Of a stretch of DNA of 64,000 nt, positions 12,934 to 26,604 are shown one piece after another; position 1 is the first letter of the stretch; each line of letters starts with the position of its first letter. A program made the position numbers and the translations under genes. Where the stretch lies: the NCBI GenBank assembly GCA_951406725.2, contig OX597825.1:41912001-41976000 (forward strand), given 5' to 3'. The notes beneath the pieces were generated by a model. The model had not been told where the DNA came from, did no database searches, and worked only from the letters and a program-made list of their open reading frames with translations. The stretch is from Octopus vulgaris. Taxonomy: Eukaryota.

Positions 12934-13833
12934 TACAGATGTTATATATATTGTAATTCAGTGGATGGATTAAGGATGTAATAGAAACTGAATTCTCAAA
13001 TATTTGAACATCAATACTGTATAGCTCATGTTTGGACTTACATGCACAACGAAAGGAATTGGAAATTGGGATTGCTCACAGAGAAGCAATTGTTACATAA
13101 GAATAAGAGATTGTTGAAAAAGTGGAGGGAATCTTTTAAGATTATTTGATAGCACTGGATTCTTAGTTAAATAGAACTTGGCGTTTTGGTGTCACTGACA
13201 TTGAAGGTGAAGCAATAATAACAGAAGAAATATTTTAGCTTTACTTTGCTTGATGGTAAAATACAATCCATGAACATATTCTCCAGGTAAATTTGAGAAT
13301 AATGTTTGCTGCTGCTAACATGTTATTCACTATTCAAAACTACTTTGCAGAAATTTTTGGAGAAACATAAGAAGCAAAGTTATTCAACTGCACTCCTGAT
13401 ATTTGTTGTAGGAATTAAGCAATATACGTTTTATGCTATATTAAGATTCTTGAAAATAAGGTTAAGATTGTGGCATCTTTTGTTCAGATTGAATCAAAAA
13501 GTAAAACTGTCAAGAACATTAGAACTATGATGTTTGAAATACTAGAAAATAATGGAATTGGTATTTAGAATTTTTATATCCTGCTACAGGTTGGTACTTC
13601 GCAAGACTACCAAACTGCTCTGACTACTACCAACCACTACTATTTATAAGAGTTCAGCTAGTCCATTCTTCTTATCCCCTAGGGGTGTCAATGACTCTCG
13701 CCACAACATTTTCCCCTTTGAGACTGACTTCTGTTAGAAGTTAATATTACTTTTATTTATTTATTGTTCTAGTATCTTTTACACAATGTCAGCCTTTTCA
13801 CACAGGATCGGCCTGGAATTTGAAACTAGAAAT

Positions 13834-15421
13834 TTAAATTTTTACTTCATTGTGTATGACTCCTTCGTGTATCACCTGGTTAACTATACAGGTGACTAGA
13901 CTACAGCCAACACCGCCAGATATTTTGAGCATCTCTGCAGTGATTTCTGATGGGCCAGGGGCTTTCCCTGTTTTCATACCCTTAATTGCTCTATCTACCA
14001 AGGTACAGTCAATTCGGATAGCTGGTCCTTCTGTTGGGTCGACATGTAGCAGACTCTCTTTCTTCCATTCATTCTCTTTATTGAGCAACCTTTCACAGTG
14101 GCGTCTCCAAACCTCTCTCTTTGCAACCTTGTTTAGTGCAAGTGAACCATCATCCATGCAAACACATTTCTCTCCTACCACATCACAATTCTCTCTCACA
14201 CACTGCCTTGAAACACAAAATACCTCAAGCCCTTGGTCCACACAGTGCCGGACATTGGCAAATATTTTTCCGATCTGCTTCCCCTCTGGTTAAATAAACC
14301 TGTCTCCTAGCTTCCCTTCTGGCAGTCTGATGCAATTCCCTGTTACCACCGTTCTTCCAGTCCTTCCAAGCCTGTTTCTTTACTATAATAGCCCTGTCAA
14401 CAGCATTGTGAGAGGGGACTTTGTACCATCTACAGATCTCGTTAGTGACCCTCAGCAGGTTATCCCATAGAAACCTCCAGTTGTCTTCCACATTGTTTGA
14501 AGCTATATCCCCTTCTATTTCGTCAAAGGCTTCGAGTAATACGTCTCTAAATCTCTGTACATTCACAAGATCTTTAAGCTGCCAGACCCTTGTTCTCCAT
14601 GCTGGTCATCTTCTGGACATCCATTTAGCCCTGATCCTGAAGTCGCTAATTACCAGTCTATGTTGTGGGGTAAATTCTACACCTGGGACTGAGTTTGGCA
14701 TTTATAAGCAGCCATCTTCCCTTTTACTGGCAAGGGTGTAGTCAATTTGGCTAGTGTGTCTGCCAGAACGGTAGGTGACTGGCAGGTTTCCTGAAGTTAG
14801 TATTGCAAACCATAAGATCATTTTCATCACAGAACTCCAGCAGCCTGGTTCCCTCCTCGTTGTTGGAACAAAAACCATAGCCTCCATGCGCACCATGGAA
14901 GCCCCCTGTATGTTGTCTAACATGTCCACTGAAGTCGCCAGCCACAAAGAGAAGGTCCCTGTCATTCATCAACGAGGTAGTTTGCAAGAGGGTGTCGTAG
15001 AATTGGTCTTTCTATCCATCAGGTAACCCCGGCTGAGGGGCATAGGCCGAGATAATGGTTGCTAACCCATAATAAAGCACTAATCTAATCTTGAATATTC
15101 TGTCGCATACTCTGACTATCTCGATTACCTTATCCACCCATTTCTCCGCAAGAAGTATACCCATGCCCCCAACCCCATCAGTGTTCTCTACCAAGAAAAA
15201 TCTTGTACCTGCGTTCTTTGCCTGTGAGGAACCTAGGGAAACCTCCTCTCCACCTTACATCTTGGAGGCAACACAAATCGACACATCTCTATTCAAGTAT
15301 CTCAACAATCTCACCAGACCTACCTTTCAGTGTGCCGATGTTCAGAGTGCCAACCCTGAGGGTGTGGGCCCGTGAGAACCTGAGATGGGGGGACAGCAGT
15401 GTCATGTATCTGAAAAGAAAG
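13834..15421 (-). mobile_element. RTE-clade LINE 5' portion (APE endonuclease to RT start), pseudogenised
   Basis: MTLLSPHLRFSRAHTLRVGTLNIGTLKGRSGEIVE, ISAYAPQPG, GDFSGHV...NEEGTRLLEFC, SQIDY, MKTGKAPGPSEITAEMLK. Confidence 0.9.
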
Positions 15422-15704
15422 CCCGCATTTGGCAGAATTCATAAACAAACAATAGCCTTCAATTCAACCTGCATACACTACACAATTATATAAAAGTGAA
15501 AAGTTTTAAAATTCCAAATTTTTACAATTTGTTGGGGTGATTAATCTATCACCATTGTTCAACATTTCCCTTTTTCTCTTTCAGATGACCATACTTAGGC
15601 AGTTCCTTTCATTTGTAGCATTCTCTTTACAGTCGTCGACTGTTTTACAAGCATACTGTGTGACAAGTATCTCTTCTCCATCCGGATTTTACTATTGAGG
15701 TGGT

Positions 15705-16400
15705 CATCATTATCATCATGATCATCGTTTAACGTCCATTTTCCATGCTAGCATGGGTTGGACGGTTTGACCGGAGTCTGGGAAGCAGGAGGCTTCATCA
15801 GGCTCCAGTCTGATCTGGCAGTTTCTACAGCTGGATGCCCTTCCTAATGCCAATCACTCCATGAGTGTAGTGGGTACTTTTTACGTGCCACCGGCACAGG
15901 GGCCAGAGGAGGCTGGCAAATGGCCACGATTGGTTGGTGCTTTTATGTGTCACTGACACGGACGCCAGTCAGGTGGCGCTGGCATCTGCCATGTTCGGAC
16001 AGTGCTTTTTACGTGTCACCAGCACGGGTATCTTAACTAAAATTTCCCTTTGATTTTTATTTTTGATGTTGGTGTTGACGTACTTGACTCAATAGGTCTC
16101 CTCAAGAACAGCAGGTCACTCTACAATCCAAGGTTAGCACAGGAGGCCATTCTACAAACCATGAACTCACTTCATATCTCAGAGGTCTCGGTCTTCGTCA
16201 TTTCCTCTGTGAGGCCCTACATGCCACCGGCACGGGTATCACAACTACAATATCCATTCAATTTTTATTTTGATGTTGAAGTACTTGACACAATAGTTCT
16301 CCTCAAGCACAGCAGCTTGTCCTGCAAGCCATAAACTCTCTTCATTTGTTGGGTCTTCGAAGTCACAGCATATCTCCGGAGGTCACGGTCTTTCATCATA
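15705..16400 (-). mobile_element. RTE 3'-UTR-derived repeat module with internal repeats and (GAT)n tail
   Basis: Reverse complement of the module at 47110-47670 (gggcatccagctgtagaaac...ccaacccatgc..catggaaa..ggacgttaaacgatgatg). Confidence 0.75.
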
Positions 16401-16900
16401 GCCTTAACCAACCCTTGAGCAGAGATGAAGGTACCTGTTGCAATTCCTCTTTGACAAGTTCTCAAAACTGTCTCTTTTAGCCTGGCTACTACACAGAGAA
16501 AACAGGCCTTCCTCTCCCTGTTAAAGGAGGAAGGTGGCACAATATTGATAATAGATTCAGCTGATAGCTGTAATCTTTCCATTGTAGGCAACAGCTGTTT
16601 GATATAGGCTATCAGTTCCTTGATTTCTGCACACTGCATGAAGGCATCCAGAAAACTTTTACCATCCCACCCACACATCAGGCATGTCAGTGTGATGGCA
16701 AAACCATGCTTCAATAGCTTTTCTTGAACCAGGCCAGGGATTTCTGGTAATTACCCTAGCCTGAAAGTTCTTCTGAACAGGTTGATCAACTGATTTCCGT
16801 CAAACCCATAGTCTTCTCCAGGACATCATCTGATATAAACTCTACCAGCCTGCTATAGAAGTCCGCATCTTTAATCTTCATTCTGTCAACACCTCAAATG
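16400..16900 (-). mobile_element. L1/Tx1-like LINE C-terminal fragment
   Basis: ORF 16265-16714 contains a decayed CCHC-like stretch (TCLMCG...FLDAFMQC) followed by LSAESIINIVPP...ACFLCVVARLK. Confidence 0.5.
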
Positions 16901-17299
16901 TAAACTTCTTCCCTGAAGATAGGGGCTGATATTATCCGATGATAGAATCAATTTTCAATCATTATTTTGGACCACCAACCCCCCAGAGACAGCTGTTGGA
17001 CTCGTAAAAATCTTTTCAAACCCTTTAATTCCTGATATCATTATATCTGTGTAAAGTGGACCTTCTTACATGTAAATATGTGTATATTTTTGCATTAAAT
17101 GTATTTAATATTTTTTTGTTTAAAACAACTTGCCTAACTTGCTTAGCCTTACACTTTCTCCTCTACCCACGCAAGTTTAAGTCTCTTGAGCACAACAAAG
17201 TCTATTCTATGCAGGGAATATCTGTATCTCATCTCTCTTTCCCCTCTCTCTTCCCCTCTCTTTATATATATATGTGTGTCTGTGCGTGTGTGTGTGTAT

Positions 17300-17535
17300 T
17301 TATGGATGGATGGATGGGTGTGGATGTGTGTGTCTGTGTTTATACCCCCATCACTGCTTGACAACCAGTGTTGGTGTGTTTATGCTCCCATAACTTAGTG
17401 GTTCAGCAAAAGAGACCGACAGAGTAAGTACTAGGACTTAAAAATAAGTTCTGGGGTCAATTTGCTAGACTAAAAGCCCCTCAAGGCAGTGCTCTAGGAT
17501 GGCCACAGTCAAATGACTGAAACAAGTAAAAGAAT
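17300..17535 (+). mobile_element. SINE family B 3' half
   Basis: cttgacaaccagtgttggtgtgtttat...ggccacagtcaaatgactgaaacaagtaaaaga. Confidence 0.8.
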
Positions 17536-19409
17536 AACAGAAAAGCCTGTAATAAAGCAATAACCTATTTGTGATGAATGTACCTAAAAATTGCACATCA
17601 CTATCAATGGAGATAGAAAAAAAATGGTTTGTGATGCAGCACAACATACTGAGTTTAAAATAACGTTTCCTTCTCTCGATACAGTGATCCAATAAATAAC
17701 ATTGAAATTTTGTTATCATGAACTTGTTGAGAAATTTGCTTTTCTTTGCTTGTTATATCTTTTAGTTATTATATTGTTATATGGGTATCAACTAAATTGT
17801 GATCATGGAGACACTGATAAGAAAGAGTTCCGCATTGTTGCCGCTGCTATGTAAGACAGAACATATGTAGAAGAAAGGCTTCTTTTAAAATTTTCTGTTT
17901 ATTAACAAGCATAATTTTCAGAACTCTGTTACAAATGGCGTAATACTCTATTGATTTTTTTTTCCTCACAATTGCCATTAAATTTGTCAGTTGTGTGAAG
18001 GATTTTATATATTAAGAGTGATAAATAATTCCTTGAAAGCTGCACAGAATGCCTTGTATTTGGGATCCTGCCATGCTATCAATAGAACAACAATTGTCTG
18101 ACAAAATAAAATTAGACGTTGTCATCAAATATAGAAGAGAGAGAAAAGTAACTTTGTAGGTTGTGAAATAAACATAGTTTTCTAATTTGTTTGATATCTT
18201 TTTCTACACATGTCATTTTCTTTTTTGCTTTAGTTTGATGTATATTATGTTGTCTTTTATGTTAGGAACAAAATTAAGGACTACCCTAGATGGCACAAAC
18301 TCTTGTTACATTACTGCACTATATGTCATGGTATACTGATGTCCATTTCATCTGTTTTTTATCACAGGCAATCACTAGCTTATCATTTCTAGTGGTTAAT
18401 CTATTTTGAGCTCAGCCTGTTTTGAAAATTATTTCTAAACATCAAAAGACCTTAATTATATCTTCAAGAAAGGTTGTACTTAGCCTGCTAGAAAAAGCAA
18501 CCAAATATTCCACAAATTTTATCTGACATATTTGAAAAGACAAGAAGGCAGTGGATATTGTAGACATAGATGTACAATGTCCTGAAGGATGCAATAGTTG
18601 TGGTCATAGATCTTCTCAGTCAGGTTTCAAATGGAGCTAAACAATAACAACAACAAAAATTTTCCTACCCTACAATTCTAAGACAAAATATAGTCACTGG
18701 GAAACAAAATGCAATGTGATGCACATCACCAAAGCATTTCTCTAAATAAACTAAAACTTCTGTTTAATAGGTTATCGTATTATTTTATAGGCCATTTCCT
18801 ACTCATTTCATTTAGCTCCTACTCTCATTAGATAACTTACACTCTCATTAGATAACTTTTTTGGTGGGAAGAAACTAACTTTCATAAAGTGATTGTAATT
18901 TTCTTTCACACTTGATGCCATTGGAGAATTTCTGTCAGGGAAAATCAGATTAAATTTCACTGCATAAGAGCTAAAAGCAATTTAAAAAGGTATTGAATCC
19001 TTTTTTTATACTATTGCAAACTAAGTTTGTTAAATTACTTACATTGCAAATCAATTTGTTGATTTGACATTATTTACATCAATAGGTGTTTCAAGAATGG
19101 AAAATTTAAACTAACAATCAATAAAATAAATGGTCATTTTCTTTTTTTTAGAATTTCTTTTCTTTAATTATGTAGAATTAAATATTACTTCTGAAAATTT
19201 AATATATTTAGCCCAAATTTTCTCTCTAGATTTGCGATAATGTTTGTTCTAATGGCCTACTTATAAAAATTTGGTATTTCTGCTTTAGCTATTGATTTTT
19301 GATTTTTTTTCTTTATAAAAGTTCTGGCTACCAAATATTGATCTAGAACTACAAGATATAATCTCATCATTTGCAATCTACTTACTGACTCATCAATATC
19401 TGTGAATCT

Positions 19410-19545
<136 letters not shown>

Positions 19546-19604
19546 ATATCAGTTTCCTTTGTAATGTTTTTGTGCATGTGTATGCATGTGTATGCATGTA
19601 TGTA

Positions 19605-19643
<39 letters not shown>

Positions 19644-19647
<4 letters not shown>

Positions 19648-20013
19648 CAAAATGGGACAAGAATGCAAAGGACCCGGACAACTAGGTGATACAAAAACAA
19701 AGATGGATCATTCAAAGCTTTCTATCCTCAGTCTAGAACCAGGTCATCCTCGCAATTTCAGCTGATTAATCTTGAGATTGTTCCAATCTGACCAGCCCTA
19801 AGCAAAAATTAAGCTAATAGCATTAGGTTCCTTGGAAGAAAGCATAAGTTTAATCAGCCGAAATTGCAAGGATGATCTGGTTCTTGACTGAGGATAGAAA
19901 GCTTCGAATGACCTGACCTTGTTTTTTTTGTATCGTCTATCTGGATGTTTTGTTATCCCTTTTTGTATCACCTAGTTGTCTGGATGTTTTGCATTCTTGT
20001 CCTATTTTGTATT
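19644..20013. mobile_element. Fold-back element between (TA)n tracts
   Basis: 19644-19769 is inverted at 19850-20013, with an insertion in the right arm. Confidence 0.8.
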
Positions 20014-20339
20014 TTACATATATCTATATATATAGATATATATAGATATATACATAGTAGCGTACATACACTTTGTTCTCTCTCTCTCTCAATATATATA
20101 TGTAAATACACATATGAATGTGTGTGTGTGTGTACCACTAGATTATATTAGTAAAGACTTTACAACATGAGTACCACTTTCTGAGTCTCTGAGATTAGTA
20201 CCTGGTAACAGGTACTAATGATCAATATTAGCATGAAGCTGTTTTACATTAGAATATACCTCTCCTGCAAAGATGCTGTGACAACAGTTAAAGATCCCTC
20301 ACTTTTTGTAGATTTACTTGGATAGCCATTGAGTTACCT

Positions 20340-20660
20340 GAGTCCGTCTGCTCTTCGAAGGTTCTTGTTTTGCATCCAGGAGAATGTTCAAAAAATTCCC
20401 ATACTCACCAAATTAGGCTTAGTCCCATTGTCCGTTTATTCACCAATAATGCAACCATGCAGCAAGCTGTATTGTGTTATATGATACCAGCAGCACTTAT
20501 GAGAAACTTGAGGATTCATTGATATGATATTCTCTGTGAGACAGATACAAGAGAAATGCATTGAACAGTAGGTGTCTTTATATCAAGATTTTGTTGATTT
20601 AATGAAAGCTTTTGATACAGTTAACAGAGATACACTTTGGAAATCCTTGGAAAGTCTTTT
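20340..20660 (+). mobile_element. RTE/BovB-like RT fragment
   Basis: DMIFSVRQIQEKCIEQ and FVDLMKAFDTVNRDTLWKSL. Confidence 0.75.
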
Positions 20661-20833
20661 CTTAAATGCATCTTATAGGTTTACTCTTTCAAAGACCGGT
20701 GTACTGAAAAAAATCCTTTATATGGAAAGTGGGCAAAAGTAAAAGCATGTAATCAAAGAATCTTACCTTAAATAATTCCTTGTCCAAATCTCTGTTAGCA
20801 TAAGTGAATGAAATACACGTGTACAAACACATA

Positions 20834-20880
<47 letters not shown>

Positions 20881-22049
20881 TGTGTGTGATTTGCGTGTAT
20901 GTATGTATAAATTAGATGTGTATCTTTTTCACTTGTGCATTGACTTCAGTAAAGGGGAAAATTGATAAAATAGAAAAAGCATAGTACAAAGAAATAGAAT
21001 TTTGATTTGAAGCATCATGTGCACGTGTGTGTGTGTGTGTGGAGGGGTGTATGTGTGTATGTGGGTTAGTGTATTGAGTGTGTGTGAGGGGTGCATGGAG
21101 TGTGTGTGTGTGTGTGAGTACATAGGCAATGAAATATTCAAACCATATAGTCTCACTTTGTCTTACTATGTTAAACATATAATTGAACATATACACCATT
21201 GTGCAAGAGTTACTTGAGCCATAAAAGTCAGTTGTAAATGACAAAAGTGTCATCAGCAGCCAGACTTTTTGTGAAAGAAAATATTCATTACATTATATGT
21301 GTCATCTGTCTGCTTACATGTATGCCATAGAGACAAAAGTGAAATCTACTAAGAATTATTGAGAAGATACAAAATTTCTGGTAATAATAATAATATAAAA
21401 TCAGAGAAATATCTATGAGTGACAACAACACACTTGGTAACATCCCAAAGAAAATAAATAACAGTAAGGTAAGAGTTAAAAATATTTTTTTTGTTTGCAT
21501 TACAACATGTTTATATTTGCTGGATATCATATAATAAAGAAGCAGGATGATCTAACAACAATCACAGAACACTATAGTAAAATCATTGAAAAAATTATCA
21601 ACTGCAGTAGTAGCATGGTTCTGGATTTTATGCCACTGCATGGCCCCTTGGGCAAGTCTCTTGTTACAGCCTCAAACTGATCCACTATGTTACAAGTGGA
21701 ATTTGGTTAATGGAAACATAAAACTCATCATATATGTGTATATATGCATGCATGTATTTGCACGTGTATTTTGCAGCATTCTGCTAAATCATCCATAGAT
21801 TTTTATGATAAATACATATGCTGACAGGCAGAATTAGCTGAATATGTGATGTTCAAGCGGTACATCTAGTCTGGGTATTTTCAAGTCAGTATGAAGTGGT
21901 TGCCTCCCCTGTCAGCATATGAGTACGTCTGCACTCTTCCTAGAGCATTAAGAGTATTCGTTATTTCTAGCAATGTAGGTACATTGTTACATTTAGTGAC
22001 AATTGAATTTTTTCCTTGTGGTATGATATTGCACCTAGCTGTTCATATA

Positions 22050-22206
22050 CAGGATGTTCCAGAAGCCATGCACCATTCTGGTTTACATTTAAAATAATTA
22101 AAGCATTTTATTTTATTATAATTAATTTCAATAAAGTGTTTTTGAAATCAATAAGCATGTATTCTTTTAAAAAAACAGGTTAGTGCACAACTTCTTGAAC
22201 ATCCTG
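22050..22206. mobile_element. Tc1/mariner-type MITE (~157 bp)
   Basis: Imperfect 24-bp TIRs (CAGGATGTTCCAGAAGCCATGCAC vs CAGGATGTTCAAGAAGTTGTGCAC), each flanked by TA. Confidence 0.75.
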
Positions 22207-22254
22207 TATATATATATATAAATACGTATATATATATATATACATATATATATG

Positions 22255-22304
<50 letters not shown>

Positions 22305-22349
22305 CATATATATATATGCATGTATATATATATACATATATATAATCTC

Positions 22350-22757
22350 TTTACTCTTTACTTTTTTACTTGTTTCAGTCATTTGACTGTGGCCATGCTG
22401 GAGCACCATCTTTAGTCGAGCAAATCGACCCCGGGACTTATTCTTTGTAAGCCTAGAACTTATTCTATTGGTCTCTTTTGCCGAACCGCTAAGTGATGGG
22501 GATGTAAACACACCAGCATCGGTTGTCAAGCAATGCTAGAGGGACAAACACAGACACACAAACATATACACACACATACATATATATACATATATACGAC
22601 AGGCTTCTTTCAGTTTCTGTCTACCAAATCCACTCACAAGGCTTTGGTCGGTCCGAGGCTATAGCAGAAGACACTTGCCCAAGATGCCACGCAGTGGGAC
22701 TGAACCCAGAACCATGTGGTTGGTTAGCAAGCTACTTACCACACAGCCACTCCTGCG

Positions 22758-22760
<3 letters not shown>
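22350..22760 (-). mobile_element. Full-length SINE family B
   Basis: The tRNA-like head on the minus strand reads ggcgcaggagtggctgtgtggtaag...gggttcagtccc. There is an internal microsatellite and an aaagagta-type tail. Confidence 0.9.
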
Positions 22761-23111
<351 letters not shown>

Positions 23112-23689
23112 AATATTATGTGATATTGATAAGGTTTATGTTACTGACACCTAATTGTTGTTTTACTTTACTGTAAACTTAATTCAGTTAGTCCTGGTGT
23201 TCTTCTTGTTGATATACCTAGATTCTTAAGAATCCTGTAGATAATATGTAAGTATATATATATATATGTATGTGTGTGTATGCGTATCAATTTAAATACA
23301 CAACCAAAGCAGCTACTAATAGTTTGATGCTATTATGATACTTGAACAGGCACTTTTATAAAATTCACAATATATCTTAAAGCAATCTTTCAGACTCTGT
23401 TTATGTATTACATATATTTTAAAAATAAGGATATATAAACGTAAACCTAATTTACATAAACCTATTGAATATTATACTCACTTTTCTATATTTCCTACTA
23501 ATTTCATAATTGACTCCTCAAAAATATATTCTTTGTTAGCAAATATATTTTGAGCAGTAGGATAATATACTACTTTGCTGCTCCCTGGGAATAATACTTA
23601 TCTAAAAACCTTGCATAATTAAACAAGTAATTTGTGTTACACTCACTTTTTGTAATGCATTTAAAATTTTCAAAAGACTTTCTTAAAAA

Positions 23690-24960
23690 TTCTTCAGAAT
23701 CCATGTTTTAAAGACTTTCGTTATTATATTGATCCTCTTCACACTAATAAAGCGATCTGTATGAAGCCATTCATTTCCGTTGGCTTGATTGTATATAGGA
23801 TCACTCTTCTCATTAAAATGTCTTGTTCAACAACTTACCACAACTAAACACAAGTGTTTCTTTATCATAATTGTCATCCAAAGACATCATTGTAAACTTC
23901 TTTCACTTTCAAAACTTTCGTTCTTTGTCCTCATCTCTTCACATTGAAGAAGCTCTTACTTTTTGTTTTGCACTCCTTATTAACTACTTGTATAGCTACA
24001 GCACTTCCTCACCCTCACTCCTTTCAAGCCTTCTAAGAGTCAAAAGTAACAAGTAACTAATATTATGAACTCAGAGATCATTGCATAGCCTTATGAAGAA
24101 CAATTTTTCATCCCAATACCACTTGCAACATGTCATATTATCAATTAACTGAATGTGAACAGGAACACACTGTAGTATTTGTGAAACAAGAAGTATTTAT
24201 ATATCTTACTACTGTAGGCAACAAATTGTCAGAATCCTTAAAGAATAAGAGAAGATAGCTTGCAGTTTTTGTTCCAGATGTCTGCGCTCTAAACACAATT
24301 TAATTTTTACTTCTTTTGGGATCAATACAATAAAGTACAGTTTTGGACAGCAGATTGGAGAAATTATGACTGTTGCTGCTTTCTAAGCTTTTGAGGGGTT
24401 TACTTAATACATCACATGGTTTAACACCTCTATCACCTGATTCTTGACTACCTTTAGCAGTGTTCATCCCTTGGCAGGATAGCACTCCAGTTTAAGAATA
24501 ATTCACTCCCAAATTTGCAACAATCTTAGACACTCTGAAAAGATTTCATAGATACAGGCTTTTCTTTCCTGACTAAATGAAAAAAATAATGTAAACAAAT
24601 AAACAGGTACAAGATATTTTTTGAATCTCCCTTGAATTGATACATATTTTTTAATGTCAGAATGAAGGCTGTCTCCTAATCTTTGCAGAAGTCTTGAGAC
24701 CATTTTCTAATCTTTTGAGAAGTAGTTGAATAATGACCGGACTCATCCTTTTGCATAGTGGGATACTTGTCTTGTGAGAGACTTTTACTTGGGGATCCAG
24801 TCCCATAATTGCATTCAATAAATTATACTTCTAATTTTGCATTTCATTCATAGAGAGAACAGTAATGTTAAGGTGTCACAACCATTGATGTTTTTATCAA
24901 GACATCATTTTTAGGAGGTTGCCAGTCAAGACGAAAGAGACTCTCTCCTCTTTGTAGTAA
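23690..24960 (-). mobile_element. Possible highly decayed hAT transposase
   Basis: A minus-strand fragment MRRVILYT...IALLV loosely resembles a hAT dimerisation region. No intact motif is present. Confidence 0.25.
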
Positions 24961-25449
24961 ATCTAATCCTGAAAGGGCTTTCTTTGTTGGTTTTCATTTC
25001 AGGGTACACATTATCATTATTACTACTGTCATAAGACAGTTGCACTGTGGAAAGTTAGTAATAATGATAATGAAATAAATAAATAAATATCTATTTGGAT
25101 GGTTATTGACTTTCTTAAGTTCATCCATTCACCCATATTTTCCATCCTGAAGAGTCTCCAAAAACAATTAAAAATACACCCACCTCACTGAGCATGATCT
25201 GTAGGGTTGCTGGTTTAGTTGCTGATAGCCCAATGTTTATGGCATGATTGCAGTTTCTTGTCTTCTACCATGGTGCTGGTGGAAAGGTGAATGAACAGTG
25301 TTGGGAAGTGACAAGGCTCTGGAAAAAACAATGGGAGAATCATTAGTGTTAATCAGTTGTCTGTTGTTGCAATATTTAGTTAAAGTCTTTCGTGTTCTGA
25401 TTACAAATCCTGTTCATACATACTTTGTCTTTCATTCCTTACTATTTAT

Positions 25450-26042
25450 TATTTCTTTATTGCCCACAAGGGGCTAAATATAGAGGGGACAAACAAGGAC
25501 AAAGGAATTAAGTCGATTACATCGACGCCAGTGCATAACTGGTACTTAATTTATAGACCCCAAAAGGATGAAAGGCAAAGTCGACCTCGGCGGAATTTGA
25601 ACTCAGAACCTAAAGACAGACAAAATACCTATTTCTTTACTACCCACAAGGGGATAAACACAGAGAGGACAAACAAAGACAGACAAATGGATTAAGTCGA
25701 TTATGTCGACCCTAGTGTGTAACTGGTACTTATTTAATCACCTGAAAGGATGAAAGGCAAAGTCGACCTCAGCGGAATTTGAACTCAGAACCTAAAGACA
25801 GACGAAATACCTATTTCTTTACTACCCACAAGGGGCTAAACACAGAGAGGACAAACAAGGACAGACAAACGGATTAAGTCGATTATGTCGACCCTAGTGT
25901 GTAACTGGTACTTATTTAATCGCCTGAAAGGATGAAAGGCAAAGTCGACCTCAGTGGAATTTGAACTCAGAACGTAGCAGCAGACGAAATACCACTAAGC
26001 ATTTCACCTGCCATGCTAACGTTTCTGCCAGCTCGCTGCCTT
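25450..26042 (-). mobile_element. Head-to-tail trimer of SINE family A
   Basis: Units start at about 25450, 25630 and 25812. Only the unit ending at 26042 keeps the head. Confidence 0.9.
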
Positions 26043-26119
26043 AGTATTTATAATATAATGTACCAGTCAATTACAGGATGAATTAAACGAACTAATCAAA
26101 TTTTCATTTAGATTTGATC

Positions 26120-26169
<50 letters not shown>

Positions 26170-26385
26170 GGAGACGGTGAGCTGGCAGGATCATTTGCAC
26201 ACTGGACGAAATGCTTAGTGGTATTTCACCCATTGCTATGTTCTGGGTTCAAATTCCACCGAGGTCAACTTGCCTTTCATTATTTTGGGGACAATAAATT
26301 AAGTACCAGTGAAACATTGGGGTTGATGTAACTGACTTGTTCCCTCCCCTAAAATTTCAGGCCTTGTGCCTTTAGTAGAAAGGAT
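26170..26385 (+). mobile_element. SINE family A, plus strand
   Basis: gacggtgagctggcag...gggttcaaattccaccgaggtcaacttgcctttcat...aagtaccag. Confidence 0.85.
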
Positions 26386-26547
26386 TATTATTATTGATAT
26401 TTTAGATGACTACTGTAGTCTCTGTTAATACGATTATCAACAAATTTAAAATTCTGACTCTTCTCATATGCAATACATCCACATTTTAAAACATCATACT
26501 TAAAACACACATACATACACACACAAGTACACACTTATATACACACA

Positions 26548-26604
<57 letters not shown>

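Noticed and set aside
22690-22760. tRNA-like sequence
   Set aside because: It is a SINE head with A/B-box similarity only and no full cloverleaf.
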